Origin: Bacteroidota bacterium
GTDB lineage: Bacteria; Bacteroidota; Bacteroidia; Flavobacteriales_D; Crocinitomicaceae
Reading direction: 5' to 3'
NCBI GenBank assembly: GCA_016192075.1
Contig: JACPUU010000015.1
Location: forward strand, 39,951-103,950
Length of the DNA stretch: 64,000 bases
Shown here in pieces: positions 8,299 to 18,418 of the stretch; positions within the stretch are counted from its first letter, which is position 1, and the number at the start of each line of letters is the position of its first letter. A program made the position numbers and the translations under genes. The notes below the pieces were generated by a model, which did no database searches, was not told the origin of the DNA, and worked only from the letters and a program-made list of their open reading frames with translations.

Positions 8299-9894
8299 TT
8301 AATAATCAAATCGTTTATTCTTTAACCGGGTGCGTATTCCTAAATACACGTATTGGGTCACAGATTCGTTGACAGGTAAATTGTCTGTACGGTAAATAAA
8401 GCCAATACAGGCTTGCAGGTTGTAGCGTTTGTTAAAACGGTAGCCTGCCTCAAGCTGGTTATAAAAAGTTTTTGTGCGGGTATAAAACGGCAGCGCAATA
8501 GTTGAAGATGGCTGTAAAATGTCGGTTCCAAAATTGAGCGTATCATTTACATAGTGGGCTGAATAGGTGGTGTGGTTTTGAAAAAACCAGCGGTTGTACT
8601 GGTATGAAATTTTGAAAACAAGTTCATCAAAACCGGCAGATAGGGGGTGCGCAAGCGGCAGATTATAATGGGAATAGTTGTACCGTTTATCAGTACTTAA
8701 ATACGTGTTTTGGTCGGCATGATTGTATTCCGCCTGCAGATCCAGTTTTGGAAATAGCACATCGTATGCTTTCAGGCCAGCCTGGTAAGCCGCCAGTTTA
8801 TTTTCATCAAGCACCAGTTGTCCGTAAAGTATATTTTTAAAAAAACGGATGGTCAGATTTAATCCCGCAATGGCGTTGTAGCCGTTAGCACTGCTGCCTT
8901 TAATCAGGGAGTTTGAAAGTATAACCGGGTTTGCAAACAGTGGATCAATTTTAGCCGTTCCAAGTGAGTCTGTATGTTTCCACACAGCACCCTCAAATAA
9001 ACCAAGACTGATGTTTTTGGTAATTGCCAGATCAAGGTAATGAAATGCCCCCAGCTTGCGTTCATACGTTGCTTCAGGGGTTGTATAATATGGCAGCCGG
9101 TAAAGATTTGTCATCACGTTGTAGATAACCTGGTATTGAATGCGGTTATTCCAGAAATTGGTTTCAAGTTTCAGAAAAGGGGCGTTGGTGGCATTGTCTG
9201 ACAACAGCAATGAGCGGTAACCACTGCCAATAAAATGATTGCCGTTTCCAAACTGCAGATTAAAGTACCGGTTTGGTTCAATGGATAAATAGCCCTCGGC
9301 AAAGGCAAAATCGTAGCCGGTTTTTTTGAATAATTTGGTGCGTGCATAACCGGGCACCACACCATTAACCTGTTTATAAGCAGTACCGGGTCCGTTCAGC
9401 TGAAATTCACCGTGAGCATTAAATAAATCACGCTGATAATCGGGCACCATTGCCTGGTTTTCGTAAAATGTGGTTACAAAACCTACTTTGTTCAGAAACC
9501 TGGCCTGCACACGTATGCCACGTGTATTCCAGTATTTGTAATGCAATGAGTCAATGTAAAAATCATGTCCAGCTTCAAGGTCAAGAATGGGGTCTACCGC
9601 GCACCAGAAATCATCACCTTCAAAAATCAGAAAATTTTCTTTGAAGATTTTTTGGGTAAGCCAGTAGTATCTTTTCTGATAGTCAGCATAAATGGAGTCA
9701 GCTTGCGTACGGCTTTGCCGGATTGGTTTGCTGCTTAAATGCTGGGTGTAAAAATCATGATCAGCGCTGTCATTGAGAAAACGACGTTCAATTTCACCCT
9801 GGTAATATTCTTCCAGCGGAAAACCGAGTTGCGCCCATGCGTGAGAAGCATAGAGACCTGACCCAATGAAGAGTGTGATGAAAATTAGTCGCAT
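8299..9894 (-). CDS. Wzi-like (capsule assembly / RemB-like) outer-membrane beta-barrel protein, paralog B
   Basis: Signal peptide MRLIFITLFIGSGLYASHAWAQ from ATG 9894 (the track start at 9897 is TTG). IGSGYRSLLLSDNATNAPFLKLE is nearly identical to the motif in paralog A. FHYLDLAITKNISLGLFEGAVWKHTD parallels LHYLSWNITREFNLSVFESVVWQSKD. It ends in FDY. Confidence 0.45.
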   Translation of the reverse strand: MRLIFITLFIGSGLYASHAWAQLGFPLEEYYQGEIERRFLNDSADHDFYTQHLSSKPIRQSRTQADSIYADYQKRYYWLTQKIFKENFLIFEGDDFWCAVDPILDLEAGHDFYIDSLHYKYWNTRGIRVQARFLNKVGFVTTFYENQAMVPDYQRDLFNAHGEFQLNGPGTAYKQVNGVVPGYARTKLFKKTGYDFAFAEGYLSIEPNRYFNLQFGNGNHFIGSGYRSLLLSDNATNAPFLKLETNFWNNRIQYQVIYNVMTNLYRLPYYTTPEATYERKLGAFHYLDLAITKNISLGLFEGAVWKHTDSLGTAKIDPLFANPVILSNSLIKGSSANGYNAIAGLNLTIRFFKNILYGQLVLDENKLAAYQAGLKAYDVLFPKLDLQAEYNHADQNTYLSTDKRYNYSHYNLPLAHPLSAGFDELVFKISYQYNRWFFQNHTTYSAHYVNDTLNFGTDILQPSSTIALPFYTRTKTFYNQLEAGYRFNKRYNLQACIGFIYRTDNLPVNESVTQYVYLGIRTRLKNKRFDY

Positions 9895-9928
9895 CAATTG
9901 ATTTCATACGGAAAACAGCGGGTTTTTG

Positions 9929-10867
9929 TTACGAATCAAGTTTCCCTGATGCCAGGGCGTCGTTAAAAGCAAGCCTGATGCCCTCTTCAAGCGGGGTTGA
10001 AAATACCCAGCCGGCATTTTTCAGGCGGCTTACATCCATTAATTTACGCGGTGTTCCGTTTGGTTTGGTGGTATCAAAAATAAGTTCACCGTCAAAGCCA
10101 ATGACCTTTTTTACAAGCAGGGCAAGTTCTTTTATCGAAATATCAGTGCCTGAACCCACGTTGATAAATTCCCGGTCATTGTAGTTTAACATCAGGTGAA
10201 GACAGGCTTGCGCCAGATCATCTACGTATAAAAATTCACGCAGTGCTTCACCATTTCCCCAGATTTCAACATGCGATGCATTGTTCTTTTTGGCCAGGTA
10301 GCATTTTTTAATCAATGCCGGCAGCACATGACTGTTTTGCAAATTGTAATTGTCATTTGGGCCGTAAAGATTAGTAGGCATGGCCGAAATAAAATTGCAG
10401 CCGTACTGATCACGGTACGCTTCACACAACTTAATGCCGGCAATTTTGGCAATGGCATACGGTTCATTGGTTGGTTCCAGTTCACCGGTAAGCAGGTATT
10501 CTTCTTTCAGCGGCTGCGGTGCCAGTTTTGGATAAATGCACGATGAGCCCAGGAAAAGCAGTTTTGTAACACCCTGTTCATAAGCCGCGTGAATAATGTT
10601 GGATGCAATCAGCAGGTTATCGTATAAAAATTCAGCCCGGTAGGTATTGTTAGCCAGTATACCGCCTACTTTGGCTGCTGCCAGAAAAACATAGTCGGGT
10701 TTGTTTTCAGAAAAAAATTGCTGAACAGCCTGCTGATTTCGCAAATCAAGTTCACCTGATCGCTTTAGTAAAAGGTTAGTGTAGCCTTCTTTTTTCAGTA
10801 ATCTTGCAATAGCAGAGCCTACCATTCCGGTATGACCTGCTACAAAAATGCGTGCGTCTTTTTTCAA
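9929..10867 (-). CDS. fcl: GDP-L-fucose synthase
   Basis: 312 aa. [14 protein letters not shown] Rossmann motif, an SSCIYP segment, YAIAKIAG (YxxxK) and HVLPALI. The start is TTG at 10867; there is no in-frame ATG before the Rossmann motif. Confidence 0.9.
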   Translation of the reverse strand: MKKDARIFVAGHTGMVGSAIARLLKKEGYTNLLLKRSGELDLRNQQAVQQFFSENKPDYVFLAAAKVGGILANNTYRAEFLYDNLLIASNIIHAAYEQGVTKLLFLGSSCIYPKLAPQPLKEEYLLTGELEPTNEPYAIAKIAGIKLCEAYRDQYGCNFISAMPTNLYGPNDNYNLQNSHVLPALIKKCYLAKKNNASHVEIWGNGEALREFLYVDDLAQACLHLMLNYNDREFINVGSGTDISIKELALLVKKVIGFDGELIFDTTKPNGTPRKLMDVSRLKNAGWVFSTPLEEGIRLAFNDALASGKLDS

Positions 10868-10875
10868 GGCGTTAT

Positions 10876-11967
10876 TTATTCGTGATAGTTATAGACTTTA
10901 TGACCTCCTTCACTCAGGTATTTGTCACGTTCAAAAAGTTTAATATCGGCCTGAACCATTTCTTTGACAAGCGCATCAAACGTATAGGTGTTTTTCCATC
11001 CCAGTTCGCGTTTTGCTTTAGACGGATCGCCGAGTAGTAATTCAACCTCGGTTGGTCTGAAATATTTTGGATCTACTTCTACCAGAATTTCATTGGTTTT
11101 TTTGTTGTATCCTTTTTCATCGACCCCACTGCCTTCCCAGCGAATTTCAATGCCTGCTTCTGCAAATGATTTTTCTACAAATTCGCGCACGGGGTGTGTT
11201 TCACCGGTTGCCAGTACATAATCATCGGCGATATCCTGCTGCAGCATTTGCCACATACCGTAAACATAATCTTTGGCATGGCCCCAGTCTCTTTTGGCAT
11301 CTAAATTTCCAAGAAATAATTTTTTCTGTAAACCCAGTTTGATGCGTGCAACGGCCCGGGTGATTTTTCGGGTAACAAACGTCTCTCCCCTGAGCGGACT
11401 TTCATGATTGAATAAAATACCATTACAGGCAAACATATCATACGCTTCACGGTAATTTTTTACAATCCAGAAAGCATATAATTTAGCTACGGCATAGGGG
11501 CTTCGCGGATAAAAAGGCGTCGTTTCACTTTGTGGGGTTTCAACCACTTTTCCATACAATTCAGAGGTGGAAGCCTGGTAAAATTTTACTTTTTTCTCCA
11601 ATCTGAGAATCCGGATGGCTTCCAGTAAACGAAGCGTTCCAATACCATCTGCATTAGCTGTATATTCAGGTGTTTCAAAAGAAACGTGAACGTGTGACAT
11701 AGCCGCCAGGTTATAAATTTCGTCGGGATTTATTTCCTGGACCAATCTGATCAGGTTGGTGGAATCTGTCAGGTCACCGTAGTGAAGAAACATGCTTACG
11801 TTTGATTCGTGTTTGTCCTGGTAGAGGTGATCAATGCGGTCTGTGTTAAAAAGTGATGATCTTCTTTTGATGCCGTGAACTTCGTATCCTTTAGACAAAA
11901 GCAGTTCAGCCAGGTATGCGCCGTCCTGCCCGGTAATTCCAGTAATTAATGCAACTTTTTTTGTCAT
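10876..11967 (-). CDS. gmd: GDP-mannose 4,6-dehydratase
   Basis: 363 aa. [36 protein letters not shown] and [17 protein letters not shown]. Confidence 0.95.
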   Translation of the reverse strand: MTKKVALITGITGQDGAYLAELLLSKGYEVHGIKRRSSLFNTDRIDHLYQDKHESNVSMFLHYGDLTDSTNLIRLVQEINPDEIYNLAAMSHVHVSFETPEYTANADGIGTLRLLEAIRILRLEKKVKFYQASTSELYGKVVETPQSETTPFYPRSPYAVAKLYAFWIVKNYREAYDMFACNGILFNHESPLRGETFVTRKITRAVARIKLGLQKKLFLGNLDAKRDWGHAKDYVYGMWQMLQQDIADDYVLATGETHPVREFVEKSFAEAGIEIRWEGSGVDEKGYNKKTNEILVEVDPKYFRPTEVELLLGDPSKAKRELGWKNTYTFDALVKEMVQADIKLFERDKYLSEGGHKVYNYHE

Positions 11968-11972
11968 AAAAA

Positions 11973-12773
11973 TTAATTTATTCTGAGTGCGGCAGGTTTG
12001 GCAATGAAATAAGGATTGACCAGATTTGCCTTGTTATACCGCAGCGATTCAAAGTTAGTGAAATCCAGGACTTCACCGCCAACTGCTCTGTAAATACTGT
12101 GTCCGGCAGCTATATCCCATTCCATGGTAGGCGCCATTCTTGGGTAAAAATCGGCGGTTCCGTGTACGAGATCAAAAAATTTTAAGGCACTTCCTTTTCG
12201 AATCAGGGTTAGCGGACCATAACGTTCTTCAAGTTTGGTGATAAGTGTATTTACAGCGGGAGTGAAGTGAGACCTGGAAAATATGAGTCCCCTGGATTTT
12301 TTTTCAACGAGCCGTTTTACAGCAAATTCAGCACGCATGAATTTTTTTTCATAGTATGGAATATGAAATGCTCCGTACTCTGGTCCGCCAAAAATCAGTT
12401 CTTTTTTAACCGGGCTGGCAATCAGCCCGAAAATGGGTTCTCCGTTTTTGACCAGGGCAATATTGATGCAGAATTCATCATTTTTCCGGATAAACTCCTT
12501 GGTGCCGTCCAGCGGATCAACCAGCCAGATTGTTTGAGCCCGTGATCGTGTTTCAAAATCCGGTTTTTTTTCTTCCTCTGAAACAATCAGAACGGCTGTA
12601 GATTCCAGGTAACGGCAAATGATTTCACTTGAAATTTTATCGGCTTTTGTGACCGGTGTACGGTCTGCTTTTTCTTCCGTTGCAAAATTGCTGCGGTATA
12701 CCTTCATAATTTCGTCAGACGCCTCGTATACCGACTGCAGGAGTATTTCAATGATATCAGCCGTTACTTGCAT
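11973..12773 (-). CDS. cysQ: 3'(2'),5'-bisphosphate nucleotidase (inositol monophosphatase family)
   Basis: 266 aa. [13 protein letters not shown] and EWDIAAGH motifs. The start overlaps the deoC 3' end by 17 nt. Confidence 0.7.
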   Translation of the reverse strand: MQVTADIIEILLQSVYEASDEIMKVYRSNFATEEKADRTPVTKADKISSEIICRYLESTAVLIVSEEEKKPDFETRSRAQTIWLVDPLDGTKEFIRKNDEFCINIALVKNGEPIFGLIASPVKKELIFGGPEYGAFHIPYYEKKFMRAEFAVKRLVEKKSRGLIFSRSHFTPAVNTLITKLEERYGPLTLIRKGSALKFFDLVHGTADFYPRMAPTMEWDIAAGHSIYRAVGGEVLDFTNFESLRYNKANLVNPYFIAKPAALRIN

Positions 12774-13515
12774 TTTTCAGTTCTGCGATTAAGGTGTCGT
12801 ACAGTGAACTGGCACCAATTCTGAAAAGAGGTGGTGTGAGCCAGTCTGCCCCCAGATTTTTGTGCACAATTTCAGCATATTGAAGGGCATCTTCAATCCG
12901 GCGTATTCCGCCTGAGGGCTTAAAGCCGATTCGTTTTCCGGTATTTTTGTAGTGAGCAGCAATGACACCGCACATGACTTCGGCCGCTTCAGGGCTGGCA
13001 CCAATAGTACATTTTCCGGTAGACGTTTTGATAAAATCAGCACCCGCTTCAATTGCAATTTCTGATGCTTTTTGGATCAGGTCAGTTGATTTCAGTTCCC
13101 CGGTTTCAAGAATAACCTTGAGTTTTTTTGAAGGTACGGCTTTGCGCATCTGCCTTATTTCGTCTGCAACAAAGTCAAAATTACCTGCTAAAAATTCACC
13201 CCGGTTTATAACAATATCTACTTCCTGCACGGGTAGTTTTTCAATTTCTGCCAGTTCTGAAATTTTGGCCGGCGTCATTGTTTGTCCTGATGGAAAACAA
13301 CCTCCGACAACAGCTGTTTGAATGGGTATTTGAACGTGACCGGCTACAAATTTTCCAAAGTTGGGATAAACACAAACCGCTGCCGGGTGTATTCCCTGGT
13401 ATCCTTCATTGGCCTTGCGCACCAGCGTTATCAGGCTTTCTTCATGATCGGTTGCTTCCAGTGAGGTAAGATCAATGAAAGAGACGAGCTGCAGCAGAGA
13501 CGAACGGGTATACAT
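12757..13515 (-). CDS. deoC: deoxyribose-phosphate aldolase
   Basis: 252 aa. Class I aldolase Schiff-base region ADFIKTSTGK and GFKPSGGIR. Confidence 0.85.
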   Translation of the reverse strand: MYTRSSLLQLVSFIDLTSLEATDHEESLITLVRKANEGYQGIHPAAVCVYPNFGKFVAGHVQIPIQTAVVGGCFPSGQTMTPAKISELAEIEKLPVQEVDIVINRGEFLAGNFDFVADEIRQMRKAVPSKKLKVILETGELKSTDLIQKASEIAIEAGADFIKTSTGKCTIGASPEAAEVMCGVIAAHYKNTGKRIGFKPSGGIRRIEDALQYAEIVHKNLGADWLTPPLFRIGASSLYDTLIAELKNASNG

Positions 13516-13550
13516 AAAAAAATCCGCCCCGATTATGGTCAGGACGGATT
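13516..13550 (-). terminator. intrinsic terminator after tonB; its U-tract abuts the deoC start codon
   Basis: The minus strand reads AATCCGTCC-loop-GGGCGGATT followed by TTTTTTT (plus-strand A-run 13516-13522), then directly the ATG at 13515-13513. Confidence 0.5.
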
Positions 13551-13572
13551 AAAGATACGTATTTAAGTCAGA

Positions 13573-14253
13573 TCAGGCGATGCTGAACTTGATCGGAATC
13601 TGGTAACGAACGCGGATTTTTTTCCCGGCCTGTTCTCCCGGAGACCATGCCGGCATTTTTTTAACAACGCGCACAGCTTCTTTATCAAGCAATTCGGATA
13701 CTCCTTTCAGAACAACAACGTCCTGAATAGAACCATCTGAGTTAACAACAAACTGAACGTAAACGGTGCCTTGTTCACCCATTTCTCTCGAAAGTTCAGG
13801 GTATTCAACGTTCTGCTGAATGAAACGGATCATTTCAACTTCTCCACCCGGGAATGCAGGTTCAACCTCAGCAAAGTCAACAATTGGTTCTGCTTCAATT
13901 TCAACCTCTTCTTCTTCCTGATTGTCAAGCGGGTCAACTTCTTCTTCAAACGCCGTCAAATCGAGTTCTTCAATTTCTTCGTCATCTTCAACAACTTCAA
14001 CAACCTCTAATGTTGGCGGTGGTGGTGCAGATTCCTGCTGTTCTGGTGGTGGTGCTTGTTCAGGCGGCATTTCAAAAATCAGCTCATCGTCTGTTTTCTT
14101 TTTCTCTTCCACCTGGGCTATCTTTTCAGCCGGGGTAACGGTTTCTATTGTAAACGCCATTAAAACCAGGGCGGATACCATCACGAGACCTACTGAACCA
14201 AAAACAATTCTTTTTTGTTCCAGGTCAGCATCTTTTGATTTTTTTAGTTCCAT
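13573..14253 (-). CDS. tonB: energy transducer TonB
   Basis: 226 aa. N-terminal TM anchor, a Pro/Glu-rich linker (PPEQAPPPEQQESAPPPP, EEEVEIE), and a C-terminal TonB domain (AFPGGEVEMIRFIQQNVEYP ... GTVYVQFVVNSDGSI ... PAWSPGEQAGKKIRVRYQIPIKF). Confidence 0.85.
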   Translation of the reverse strand: MELKKSKDADLEQKRIVFGSVGLVMVSALVLMAFTIETVTPAEKIAQVEEKKKTDDELIFEMPPEQAPPPEQQESAPPPPTLEVVEVVEDDEEIEELDLTAFEEEVDPLDNQEEEEVEIEAEPIVDFAEVEPAFPGGEVEMIRFIQQNVEYPELSREMGEQGTVYVQFVVNSDGSIQDVVVLKGVSELLDKEAVRVVKKMPAWSPGEQAGKKIRVRYQIPIKFSIA

Positions 14254-14302
14254 AGGAATCTATTTTGCGGTGCTAAGTTAATGATTTTTCAAAAAAATCC
14301 GG

Positions 14303-14608
14303 TCACCTTATTTGTACTAATTTTATACCTGTCAATCGTACAGATAACACCCCAAAAATTGTACCAAATGCATTGGACAGAATATCGAGGGTGTCAAAAT
14401 AACGCTGATAAATATAAAAACCCTGTATCAGTTCAATGGAAGTGCCATAAGCAGTTCCAACCAATATCACTGCTACATACAACCTCAGTCCTGAAAGGTT
14501 CAGATTTTTTGTGATGCCGCCTAAAACCAGGGTAAAAGCCAGAATAAAATACATCCCAAAATGAGCCAGGGTATCAATCGAAATCAATTCCCACTCAATT
14601 TTTGGCAA
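14303..14608 (-). CDS. VanZ-like membrane protein (annotated start probably not the true N-terminus)
   Basis: 101-aa ORF from TTG 14608 with the VanZ-like core DTLAHFGMYFILAF ... SIELIQ ... DILSNAFGTIFG. The frame stays open 34 more codons upstream and encodes a further TM helix. See the corresponding finding. Confidence 0.5.
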   Translation of the reverse strand: MPKIEWELISIDTLAHFGMYFILAFTLVLGGITKNLNLSGLRLYVAVILVGTAYGTSIELIQGFYIYQRYFDTLDILSNAFGTIFGVLSVRLTGIKLVQIR

Positions 14609-14684
14609 TTTATTACCCGGAATAAAGCTGAGAACAGCAATAATGACGGCCCATAAAAAACCACCAATCCGCCAGAAACGCGAA

Positions 14685-15062
14685 TTAGTGAACCAGTTTC
14701 TGATAATCGTCAGATGACAAAAGACCAGCTAAATCAGCAGTGTTTGTAAGTTTTACCTTAATCATCCAGCCTTTGCCGTATGGGTCTGTATTAACAAGTT
14801 CCGGGTTTGATCCGATGGCACTGTTTACTTCCATCACTTCACCGCTAACCGGCATAAAAAGGTCAGATACCGTTTTTACAGCCTCTACGGTACCAAAAAC
14901 GGTTTCCTTGTCCAGTGAGTCACCCACTGTTTCAATTTCTACAAATACAATATCACCCAATTCGCGTTGTGCAAAATCAGTGATTCCGACGTATGCGATA
15001 TCGCCTTCAACTCTCAACCATTCGTGGTCTTTAGTATACTTCAGATTTGCTGGTATGTTCAT
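14685..15062 (-). CDS. gcvH: glycine cleavage system H protein
   Basis: 125 aa. [24 protein letters not shown] and the lipoyl-lysine region [18 protein letters not shown]. Confidence 0.95.
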   Translation of the reverse strand: MNIPANLKYTKDHEWLRVEGDIAYVGITDFAQRELGDIVFVEIETVGDSLDKETVFGTVEAVKTVSDLFMPVSGEVMEVNSAIGSNPELVNTDPYGKGWMIKVKLTNTADLAGLLSSDDYQKLVH

Positions 15063-15087
15063 TTCTTACACGTGTTAAATTTCGGTA

Positions 15088-15095
15088 CAAAAATA
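15088..15095 (-). promoter_or_regulatory. putative Bacteroidota -7 box (TATTTTTG) upstream of gcvH
   Basis: Matches TAnnTTTG on the minus strand, 25 nt upstream of the gcvH ATG. Confidence 0.3.
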
Positions 15096-15179
15096 GTATA
15101 ATATTGATATTTCTCACGGGTTAGTTAAAGATTAAACTGTATTTCATTTTGGCTGCAAAAAAAATCGCAATTTTGCGGC

Positions 15180-16265
15180 ATGGTTACACAGGATCAGCTG
15201 AAAGATTTTGAACGCCGCGTGAATGAGCTGCACAAATACCTGCGCATTGATGAAAAGCGTATTGATGTTCAGGAAGATGACTTAAAAACGCAGGACCCCG
15301 CGTTTTGGGATAAACCCAAAGAGGCCGAGCTATTGCTGAAACGCATGCGGGCCAAAAAATTCTGGATAGAAGCCTATGAATCCCTGAAAACAGACCTGGA
15401 TGACATCCGGGTTTTGCTGGAGTTCTATACCTCCGGCGACGCGTCTGAAGAAGAAGTGGAAACGGCCTATAAAACAGCACTGATTAAGCTTGAAGAGCTT
15501 GAACTCAAAAACATGCTTTCAGCAGAAGAAGATGCGCTGAGCGCCGTTTTGCAGATTACTGCCGGCGCCGGGGGGACAGAGAGTTGTGATTGGGCGTCTA
15601 TGCTGATGCGCATGTATATTATGTGGGGTGAAAAAAAGGGGTATAAAATACAGGAGCTCAACTATCAGGCTGGTGATGTAGCCGGTGTTAAAACAGTTAC
15701 ACTGCAGTTTGAGGGTGAATTTGCATTTGGGTATCTGAAAGGTGAAAACGGCGTACACCGCCTGGTGCGTATTTCACCGTTTGATTCAAACGCCAAAAGG
15801 CATACCTCCTTTGCCTCGGTTTATGTATACCCACTGGTAGATGATACCATTGAAATTGTGATTAACCCGGCTGATATTACGTTTGAAACCTTCCGGTCAG
15901 GCGGCGCCGGCGGACAAAATGTGAACAAGGTTGAAACCGCGGTGCGTTTAAGACACGCCCCTTCTGGTATCATTATTGAAAACTCTGAATCACGTTCGCA
16001 GCTCGCTAACAAAGAAAAGGCGCTGCAACTCCTCCGCTCTCAACTATACGAAGCTGAATTGCGCCGTAAATTGGAAAAGCAGAATGAAATTGAAGCAGGC
16101 AAAAAGAAAATTGAATGGGGTTCTCAGATCCGCAACTATACCATGCAGCCTTATAAACTGGTCAAAGACGTTCGTACCGGGTATGAAAGTTTTAATGTAG
16201 ACGCGGTTATGAATGGTGAAATTGACGAGTTTCTGAAGGCCTTTTTAATGAGCCAGAATTCCTGA
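15180..16265 (+). CDS. prfB: peptide chain release factor 2 (single uninterrupted ORF, no programmed frameshift)
   Basis: 361 aa. RF2-specific SPF (VRISPFDS) and the GGQ motif ([11 protein letters not shown]). The N-terminus aligns with E. coli RF2 across the usual frameshift site. Confidence 0.95.
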   Translation: MVTQDQLKDFERRVNELHKYLRIDEKRIDVQEDDLKTQDPAFWDKPKEAELLLKRMRAKKFWIEAYESLKTDLDDIRVLLEFYTSGDASEEEVETAYKTALIKLEELELKNMLSAEEDALSAVLQITAGAGGTESCDWASMLMRMYIMWGEKKGYKIQELNYQAGDVAGVKTVTLQFEGEFAFGYLKGENGVHRLVRISPFDSNAKRHTSFASVYVYPLVDDTIEIVINPADITFETFRSGGAGGQNVNKVETAVRLRHAPSGIIIENSESRSQLANKEKALQLLRSQLYEAELRRKLEKQNEIEAGKKKIEWGSQIRNYTMQPYKLVKDVRTGYESFNVDAVMNGEIDEFLKAFLMSQNS

Positions 16266-16345
16266 GGTCTCTGACCAATTCATTCCTAAAACTTTTAAAC
16301 TGGCCTGATTTTTGTTGCGTAGGAACTGATCTAAATTCAGTTGTT

Positions 16346-16792
16346 ATGAAAAACTACCTACCCCTTTTTATACTCTTTGTTTTAGCCGGCTGCCAGCAAA
16401 CGGATCAGTTGACCTACACCGAAAAACGCGTTGTTGGTTCCTGGTTTTACACAGATGTTGACTTTACACCCCGCTGGGGATTTAAGAAAGACATTACCAA
16501 GGATTATTTCGGCGATGTGCTTACGTTTAAAAATGATTTTACCCTCGTTTATGAAAACAAGGATCAGGGTTTAACCGGCAATGGCGTGTGGCAGGTCAAC
16601 CAGGTTAATACAACCAATTCCGGCACAAATCAAAATTCCTGGACCGATCAGGTGGTAGCGTCGTATGAAAATGCAGCAACCGGTGAAATTACCCAATTGA
16701 TCTGGGACAACTTTTGTGTGAATAAAAACCGCATTAATGCCGGTAATTCTGATAAAGACGGGTACTATACCTATGAACTGAAGAAGTTTTAA
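16346..16792 (+). CDS. hypothetical lipoprotein (possibly lipocalin-like)
   Basis: 148 aa. Lipobox FILFVLAGC, followed by a VGSWFY segment typical of lipocalin-like lipoproteins. No firm family call. Confidence 0.4.
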   Translation: MKNYLPLFILFVLAGCQQTDQLTYTEKRVVGSWFYTDVDFTPRWGFKKDITKDYFGDVLTFKNDFTLVYENKDQGLTGNGVWQVNQVNTTNSGTNQNSWTDQVVASYENAATGEITQLIWDNFCVNKNRINAGNSDKDGYYTYELKKF

Positions 16793-16884
16793 ACTCAAAC
16801 CGTTTTTGGAAATCGTTTAAGTCCGGGGTGAATCAGCCTGCATCACAATATTTAATTAGGCTGGTTGCAACCAACTTATTTCAC

Positions 16885-16892
16885 TAACTTTG
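16885..16892 (+). promoter_or_regulatory. putative -7 box (TAACTTTG) upstream of panD
   Basis: Matches TAnnTTTG 21 nt upstream of the ATG. A TTG at 16865-16867 sits 17 nt further upstream as a possible -33 element. Confidence 0.4.
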
Positions 16893-16912
16893 CGCCTCCA
16901 TTTTGATAAGAG

Positions 16913-17263
16913 ATGCTAGTAACAGTTCTGAAATCAAAGATTCACCGCGTTAAAGTAACACAGGCCGAGCTGAATTATATAGGTAGTATTACCATTGATC
17001 CTGATTTGATGGAAGCCGCCAATATGATTGAAGGCGAAAAAGTGCAGATTGTGAATGTAAACAACGGTGAGCGTATTGAAACCTATATCATAACCGGTAA
17101 ACGGGGTTCAGGTGATATTTGCCTGAATGGTCCTGCGGCACGCCGCGTTTCAGTAGGTGATATCATCATTATTATTACGTATGCCATGATGGATTTTGAA
17201 GAAGCCAAAACCTTTAAACCTACGTTGTTGTTTCCAAATACCGAAACAAATAAAATTAAGTAA
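16913..17263 (+). CDS. panD: aspartate 1-decarboxylase
   Basis: 116 aa. [29 protein letters not shown], including the Gly-Ser self-cleavage site. Confidence 0.95.
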   Translation: MLVTVLKSKIHRVKVTQAELNYIGSITIDPDLMEAANMIEGEKVQIVNVNNGERIETYIITGKRGSGDICLNGPAARRVSVGDIIIIITYAMMDFEEAKTFKPTLLFPNTETNKIK

Positions 17264-17350
17264 CATCGTATTCAATATTCTCAGGTTTTCTGCGTTAATT
17301 TCATTTTTTTACATGTCAACTAAAAATTCCCATCAGCTAAATACGTGGAA

Positions 17351-18418
17351 ATGAAAAGCAAACTGATTTCGGTTCTTAAAATTATTGTTCCTCTTGCCTT
17401 TGGAATTTTTTTGATCTGGTTGTTCTACGATGCGCTTTGCGAAAAAGAAAAGCTGGAACTTTTTGCTGCATTCGGTAAGGCTGATTATTTCTGGGTCGGG
17501 GTATCGCTGATTTTTGGTTTTGCCAGTCACATCAGCCGTGCTTACCGGTGGAAGTATATGCTTGCGCCCATGGGCTACAATGTCAAATTCTGGAATTCAT
17601 ATCACGCTGTAATGATCAGCAATTTTGTGAACCTGGCTTTTCCACGCGCTGGTGAAATTTCACGGGCTGCTATTTTTGCCAAAACTGAAAAGGTTCCGTT
17701 TCAAAAAGGATTTGGTACCATTCTGGCTGAGCGCGCCATTGATGTTGGTATGTTGGGCATCATTTTTTTGATAAGTATTTCACTGCAGTTTGACAAGTTT
17801 GACCTGTTTAAGACCAAGCTTGAAAATTTCAGCAGCGGCGAAGGCAACTGCGGAAACCTGTTTGTATTTCATCTTTTTGCCCAACTGGTGATGTACAGTA
17901 TTGTGCTTGCTGTTGCAGGCGTTGTGCTGATCTATATCTTCAGAAAAAAATTCCGTGAAAGAATCCGTCATTTTATTACCGGCATCCTGGAAGGAGTGAT
18001 TGCTGTTTTCAAAATGAAGAAAAAAATGAAATACATCGGTCACACCGTTTTTATCTGGATCATGTATATCTGTATGTTTAGCATCTGTTTCCTTTCGCTT
18101 GAATCTACTGCAAACCTTGGGCTTGAGGCCATGTTACCCGGTTTTATTGCCGGCACGGTTGGCATTATTCTGGTACAAGGCGGCATTGGCGTTTATCCGG
18201 CAGCGGTAGGACTTATCATAACCGTTTATATGGATCAGACAGGGGTTATGAATATACATCCTGAGGCGCTTGCCCTGGGTTGGATTATCTGGACTTCACA
18301 AACCGGAATGATGATTATTCTGGGCCTCATTTCCATGGCGCTGAATGGTAAAAATGTTACCTTTGATACAGATGAGTCACTTGTATCAGCTTCAGAAAAA
18401 GATAGTCTCACTGAATGA
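17351..18418 (+). CDS. flippase-like / lysylphosphatidylglycerol-synthase TM-region (UPF0104) family membrane protein
   Basis: About 355 aa and multi-[15 protein letters not shown] matches the family RAxRW motif. ATG 17351 is preferred over GTG 17345. Confidence 0.55.
   Translation: MKSKLISVLKIIVPLAFGIFLIWLFYDALCEKEKLELFAAFGKADYFWVGVSLIFGFASHISRAYRWKYMLAPMGYNVKFWNSYHAVMISNFVNLAFPRAGEISRAAIFAKTEKVPFQKGFGTILAERAIDVGMLGIIFLISISLQFDKFDLFKTKLENFSSGEGNCGNLFVFHLFAQLVMYSIVLAVAGVVLIYIFRKKFRERIRHFITGILEGVIAVFKMKKKMKYIGHTVFIWIMYICMFSICFLSLESTANLGLEAMLPGFIAGTVGIILVQGGIGVYPAAVGLIITVYMDQTGVMNIHPEALALGWIIWTSQTGMMIILGLISMALNGKNVTFDTDESLVSASEKDSLTE

Noticed and set aside
13771-14281. Three plus-strand ORFs (79-119 aa) antisense to tonB.
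   Set aside because: They are shadow ORFs created by the Glu/Pro-rich low-complexity linker of TonB. Their translations are low-complexity (S/F/N/L runs) and have no start context.
15180-15270. Looked for the programmed +1 frameshift site (CTT TGA C-type, around codon 25) typical of many prfB genes.
   Set aside because: The ORF is continuous from ATG 15180. The equivalent region reads CAC AAA TAC CTG CGC ATT GAT with no in-frame stop, so this is a non-frameshifted RF2, as in a minority of bacteria. It is not an anomaly.
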